A stretch of 64,000 nt of DNA from Planctomycetota bacterium (GTDB lineage Bacteria > Planctomycetota > UBA1135). Shown one piece after another: positions 59,750-64,000 of the stretch; within the stretch, counting starts at the first letter, position 1; every line of letters begins with the position of its first letter. The stretch spans positions 10,720 through 74,719 of the forward strand of contig JAAESM010000085.1 in the NCBI GenBank assembly GCA_024229395.1, given 5' to 3'. The notes under the pieces are model-generated. The model saw only the letters and a list, made by a program, of their open reading frames with translations. It was not told the DNA's origin and ran no database searches. Made by a program: the position numbers and the translations under genes.

Positions 59750-61291
59750 TTAGGGTAATCGCCAATCCACGATCAGGGGATCATGGGTTTGTTCCCAGGT
59801 GACGCGCTTGGTCATGATGCTGGCGAAGCGTGGCGAGTTGATGAAAGCCTCAAGCCATGCGATCAGCCGCGGCCATGGCTGTTGTTGGAACCAAGCAGAA
59901 TCGGCAATCGAGAACTGGCGCACGAAGGGTGCAATCGCCATGTCAGCCAAGCTCGGTTGTTCACCGAACAGGTAGGCGGAGTCCTGTAGTCGCTGATCCA
60001 GCTGCTGGAGGAATGCCGACGCCTTGTCGCGATGCTCCTCTGCGACCACCCCTTCATATCGCGTGGCGTATTTGTAGCGATCCAAGTGAAACTTGAAATC
60101 GCCATCGTTGCTGGCAATGAGCGCGCGCATTTCCTTCTCGTGCCCCGCGCTTGGCAGCCAGCCTTCAGGATCGCGTTGCTGCAATGCCCATTGCATGACG
60201 GCCAGGCTTTCATCGATGACTTCTCCATTGGCCAGCACTAAGACTGGCACGGTGCCTTTGGAAGAAGCAGCGTAAAGTTCCTCGGGGCGGTTCTTCAATG
60301 CGACTTCACGCACGACGCAAGCTTGTTCACTGACCGACAAGGCCAAACGCGCGCGCATGGCGTAGGGACAACGTCGGAAGCTGTAGAGCACGGGCATGGC
60401 TTCAAGGCGAGCGCTCGCGAGTTCCATCTGCTTTTGGCGTTCGGCGAAACCTGCCTTCTGTTCGGCGGTGGTGTGAGCGTGGCAATGCGGACAACTGACA
60501 CCGTCGACGAACTCAGCCGTGGTGCAATCGGACTCACTGATCGGATTGCGGCAAGCTCGACACAAGGTGTAGCTGCCAACCTCCAGGCCGTGCTTTACCG
60601 AAACGCGTTGATCGAACACAAAGCACTCGCCCTCCCACAGACTCTGGTCTTCGGGAACGTTCTCCAGGTATTTAAGGATGCCACCGTGCAAGTGGAAAAC
60701 TTCCTTCACGCCCTCTTCCTTCAGGAATGCGGTGGATTTCTCGCAGCGGATTCCGCCAGTGCAGAACATGGCCACTTTGGGATTCTTGCGCTTGGCGAAC
60801 TCCTTACGCAACCAATCGGGGAAATCGCGAAAGGTCTTCAACTCCGGATTGGTGGCGCCGCGAAAGGTACCGATCGCCACTTCATAATCGTTGCGCGTAT
60901 CGATCACGATAACTTCAGGATCCTCAAGCAAGGCGTTCCAGGATTCCGGATCCACATAGGTGCCAACGATTTGGTTCGGATCTATGCCAGGCACGCCCAT
61001 GGTCACGATTTCCTTCTTCAAACGCACCTTCATGCGATGAAAAGGCGGCGAGGCAGCATGCGACTGCTTGATCTCCAGATCCAGGAAGCGCGGATCACGG
61101 CGAAGGAACTCGACGACCTTGCGCACGCCATCGACCGGGCCGGCAATGGTGCCGTTGATACCTTCGGTGGCCAGCAGCAAGGTACCCTTCACATGGTTCT
61201 TCACGCAGGCTTGCAGTAAAGGCTTACGCAAATCCTGGTAATCCGGCAGGGCCACGAATTTGTAAAGCGCGGCGACGAGGAAGTCAGTCAT
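59750..61291 (-). CDS. trhO: TrhO (YceA) rhodanese-domain tRNA hydroxylase fused to glutathione S-transferase
   Basis: [36 protein letters not shown]; then [31 protein letters not shown]. Confidence 0.88.
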   Translation of the reverse strand: MTDFLVAALYKFVALPDYQDLRKPLLQACVKNHVKGTLLLATEGINGTIAGPVDGVRKVVEFLRRDPRFLDLEIKQSHAASPPFHRMKVRLKKEIVTMGVPGIDPNQIVGTYVDPESWNALLEDPEVIVIDTRNDYEVAIGTFRGATNPELKTFRDFPDWLRKEFAKRKNPKVAMFCTGGIRCEKSTAFLKEEGVKEVFHLHGGILKYLENVPEDQSLWEGECFVFDQRVSVKHGLEVGSYTLCRACRNPISESDCTTAEFVDGVSCPHCHAHTTAEQKAGFAERQKQMELASARLEAMPVLYSFRRCPYAMRARLALSVSEQACVVREVALKNRPEELYAASSKGTVPVLVLANGEVIDESLAVMQWALQQRDPEGWLPSAGHEKEMRALIASNDGDFKFHLDRYKYATRYEGVVAEEHRDKASAFLQQLDQRLQDSAYLFGEQPSLADMAIAPFVRQFSIADSAWFQQQPWPRLIAWLEAFINSPRFASIMTKRVTWEQTHDPLIVDWRLP

Positions 61292-61308
61292 CGACCTGGG
61301 AACCCGCT

Positions 61309-61764
61309 CTAAGCTTGCTCTTGATGACGCTGCTCACACAGCTGCTTCAAGGAGTTCAGTTCCTTATCAAGCGCATCACAACTGGACTTCTTCGCCAACC
61401 ACCCCACGAAGAAGAAGATGACCTTGAAGAATCCTTTAGGGTGGACGGAGGAATGTTGGGTGACACGCGTGCTGCCGCCACCAAGATCCTCAAAGGTGTA
61501 ATCCGCGGTGATGTCAAAGAACTGGCCGACCATATCGATACCACTGGCCGTGGGAGGCTCATGGCATGTGACCACACCATCGAACTCCATCTGCTTGCCA
61601 CGCTCCTCGGTGGTGATGCGGAAAGTGGTTTCGACCCCCTCCTTGGTCTCGTGAAGGATCTCCTCTTTCACCACAGTGATGCTCCATTCGGTGACATCGC
61701 CGTTGGTGATTTCGAAGACCCTCTCGATCGGACAATCGATCTCTACGCTGGCAGTGGTATCCAT
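61309..61764 (-). CDS. SRPBCC (START-like) family protein
   Basis: [12 protein letters not shown] pattern and C-terminal helix LNSLKQLCE. Confidence 0.75.
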   Translation of the reverse strand: MDTTASVEIDCPIERVFEITNGDVTEWSITVVKEEILHETKEGVETTFRITTEERGKQMEFDGVVTCHEPPTASGIDMVGQFFDITADYTFEDLGGGSTRVTQHSSVHPKGFFKVIFFFVGWLAKKSSCDALDKELNSLKQLCEQRHQEQA

Positions 61765-61786
61765 TCTGATTCTTAGGGGCTTAGGC

Positions 61787-64000
61787 TCAGCGCTTCAATG
61801 CCGGCAAGGCACGACCGCTGGTCCAACCCACGCCCGTTGCATCCAGTTCCTTCTGCAGGGCAGGAAGTTCGTTCTCGATTAAGCGCACCAAATCGTGATA
61901 CACCTTCTCGAACTCAGCGCGTGCTATCTCGGCCTGCTGATGCATGGTCTTGGTGGGCCCCTCGGTGGTGCCATACATGCCGGAACGCGCATTACCCAAG
62001 CGACTCATGATCGACGGTGTTCCTTCGTGCCCATGCTTGGTGCGCAGGTTCTCACCCGAGATGGCCTCTTGGGCATCCATCAGTGCAAGCTCCAACTGAC
62101 GTAAGCGCTCGCCTTGCTCCAAAGTGCCGATGCGCCCATTGCGCACCGCATTCTTCATGGCAGTGACATCCTCCAAGGCTCCAGCCAAGACACGCGAACT
62201 GCCACCGATGGTGTTCTGCAGTTGCCCGATCTCAAGCTTCCAAGCCAAGGTAGCGGCACGATCCGTGATCGAATCACTTGGCTCGTAGAGGTCGACCACA
62301 TTCAAGGTCTGCGGCTCACCCCAAGCACTGGCCACGCCATTTTCGACGCGGATCAACTGCACGGTGTAAGCGCCAGCTGCAACCAATGGACCGCGTCCAC
62401 CACCACGTCCGCCGGAACCGAGTCCGGAGAAGCGTAGATCCCAAGTCACCTTCTGCATGCCAGATCCGTCGGAAGCATTCATGCGACGAATCAACATGCC
62501 ATCTTGATCGCGAATCTCCATGACCAAGCGAGGGCTCTCCTGACGCTGCTCCTCGCGCAGGACATCCCAGCCTGGGTAATGAGCACCCTCGTCCTTGTGC
62601 TCGCTTTGTTCCTCGTCCTCTTCATCGACGGCAGCTTCTTCAGCGGCTTCCTTGGCTTCCTTGCGTGCTTCGCGCTCAGCGTCATTACGTTGAGCCTTCA
62701 AGGACTTCATGCCTTCCAGCTGGTAGTAGCGAATGATGGCGCCGCTCTCTGGATTGTTGGCGCTGTAATGAGTGTCGCCCTGGGAACCGTTGCGGCCACC
62801 GAGGTGACTGGTGGTCGGGAAGGCGAGGGCATCGCGGATGGCAAAGATATGCACATCCTTCTCAATGATCTCTTCACTCAACTCGCGCAGTGTGGAGTAA
62901 TCATCGAGCACATAGAAGCTACGGCCGAAGGTCGCGCAGACCAGCGCTGATTCGCGTGTCTGGATTGCCATGTCGCGCACAGGAATCTGCGGCAAACCGC
63001 TCTTCATCTTCATCCACGACTCACCGGCATCCAAAGTGCAGAAAACGCCGAACTCGGTAGCCAAGAACATCAGGCGTGGCTGTTCGAAATCCTGCTCCAA
63101 TCGCCAAACCAAGTGACGCTCGGGCAGGTCCGCCACGATCGAAGTCCAAGTGCGACCACGGTCGACACTCTTCATTAGATACGGTGCGTAATCGCCGTAC
63201 TTGTGGTTATCCAGAGCCACGTAGACCGTGTTGGCATCGAACTTGTCAGCCTTCACGTCGTTGACGAAGGCGGTCGCTGGCACATCACCAAGCTGATCGA
63301 TGGTCCACCAATTCTTACCACCATCTTCACTGACGCTGACGCGCCCATCATCAGTCCCCACATAGAGCAGGTCCTTGACCACCGGCGATTCGGAGATTGA
63401 AGTGATGTTGCCGTAACGCGACATCGCGCGCAGGTCCCACAAGGCGTTGAGCCCCCAGAAACGATCCATCATCTTCAGGGTCAGGCGGTCGCGCTGGTGC
63501 GACAAGTCTGGACTGATGGTCTGCCACGAATCACCACGATCCGTGCTGCGGTGCAAGTAGTTCGAACCGAAGTAGACCGTGGCTGGATCATGCGGGCTGA
63601 TCAGAATCGGCGAATCCCAGTTGAAGCGGAAGTTGTCCTCACCAACACCTGGCTGTGGACGCACGTCGACCGATTCTCCGGTTACCCGGTTGAAGCGGCG
63701 AATGAAACCCTGCTGCGACTCACCGTAGATGATGTCGGGGTTGCTCGGGTCGATGGCGTTGTCGTGGCCGTCGCCGCCGATGATGATGCGCCAATCACTG
63801 TTGCGCACGCCCTGACGATTGTGCGTGCGTGAAGGACCGTACTGCGTGCTGTTGTCCTGCGTGCCGCCGACAATGTTGTAGATCGGCCAATCGTTATCGA
63901 CATCGACTTTGTAGTACTGGGTCAGCGGCAGGTTCGAGCAGAATCGGTAGGTCTTGCCGCGGTCATGCGAAATGTACAGGCCACCATCGCAACCCACGAT
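61787..64000 (-). CDS. VPS10/sortilin-like BNR-repeat glycosyl hydrolase, C-terminal part; starts beyond the window
   Basis: Multiple S.D.G.TW Asp-box repeats, GGTQDNS, RFNWDSP, ATFGRSFY. Confidence 0.88.
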   Translation of the reverse strand: MVGCDGGLYISHDRGKTYRFCSNLPLTQYYKVDVDNDWPIYNIVGGTQDNSTQYGPSRTHNRQGVRNSDWRIIIGGDGHDNAIDPSNPDIIYGESQQGFIRRFNRVTGESVDVRPQPGVGEDNFRFNWDSPILISPHDPATVYFGSNYLHRSTDRGDSWQTISPDLSHQRDRLTLKMMDRFWGLNALWDLRAMSRYGNITSISESPVVKDLLYVGTDDGRVSVSEDGGKNWWTIDQLGDVPATAFVNDVKADKFDANTVYVALDNHKYGDYAPYLMKSVDRGRTWTSIVADLPERHLVWRLEQDFEQPRLMFLATEFGVFCTLDAGESWMKMKSGLPQIPVRDMAIQTRESALVCATFGRSFYVLDDYSTLRELSEEIIEKDVHIFAIRDALAFPTTSHLGGRNGSQGDTHYSANNPESGAIIRYYQLEGMKSLKAQRNDAEREARKEAKEAAEEAAVDEEDEEQSEHKDEGAHYPGWDVLREEQRQESPRLVMEIRDQDGMLIRRMNASDGSGMQKVTWDLRFSGLGSGGRGGGRGPLVAAGAYTVQLIRVENGVASAWGEPQTLNVVDLYEPSDSITDRAATLAWKLEIGQLQNTIGGSSRVLAGALEDVTAMKNAVRNGRIGTLEQGERLRQLELALMDAQEAISGENLRTKHGHEGTPSIMSRLGNARSGMYGTTEGPTKTMHQQAEIARAEFEKVYHDLVRLIENELPALQKELDATGVGWTSGRALPALKR

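Noticed and set aside
62590-62690. Acidic low-complexity stretch in the BNR hydrolase
   Set aside because: In-frame variable linker, not a DNA repeat element.

Overview
A GC-rich bacterial chromosomal window, probably from a free-living Planctomycetota-type organism (inferred from gene content and protein styles, not tested). It holds about 50 CDS and one tRNA-Pro(GGG). I found no transposase, integrase, prophage or CRISPR array. Housekeeping and metabolic genes include msrB, prmA, nth, MerR-icmF, SMUG1-xth, glpK, queD, pyrK, argS, apt, a FliA/WhiG sigma factor, birA, rph, sulP, fpr and trhO. They are interspersed with large secreted proteins, several of which share a C-terminal domain. The top finding is hidden from the ORF track. 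At 25238-26257 a signal peptide is followed by two consecutive in-frame TGA codons and a SECIS-like hairpin, and the same frame continues through a Gly/Pro tether into a CxxC thioredoxin-like domain. This is a candidate exported selenoprotein with vicinal Sec-Sec. Other signals are pervasive leaderless promoters (TANNNT 6-8 nt before the start codon), two compact bidirectional promoters, a candidate sigma28-driven GGA-rich sRNA, a sigma54 promoter on a 1163-aa lipoprotein, a decayed tandem sigma-factor duplicate, and a cluster of truncated or chimeric genes at 44-61 kb.
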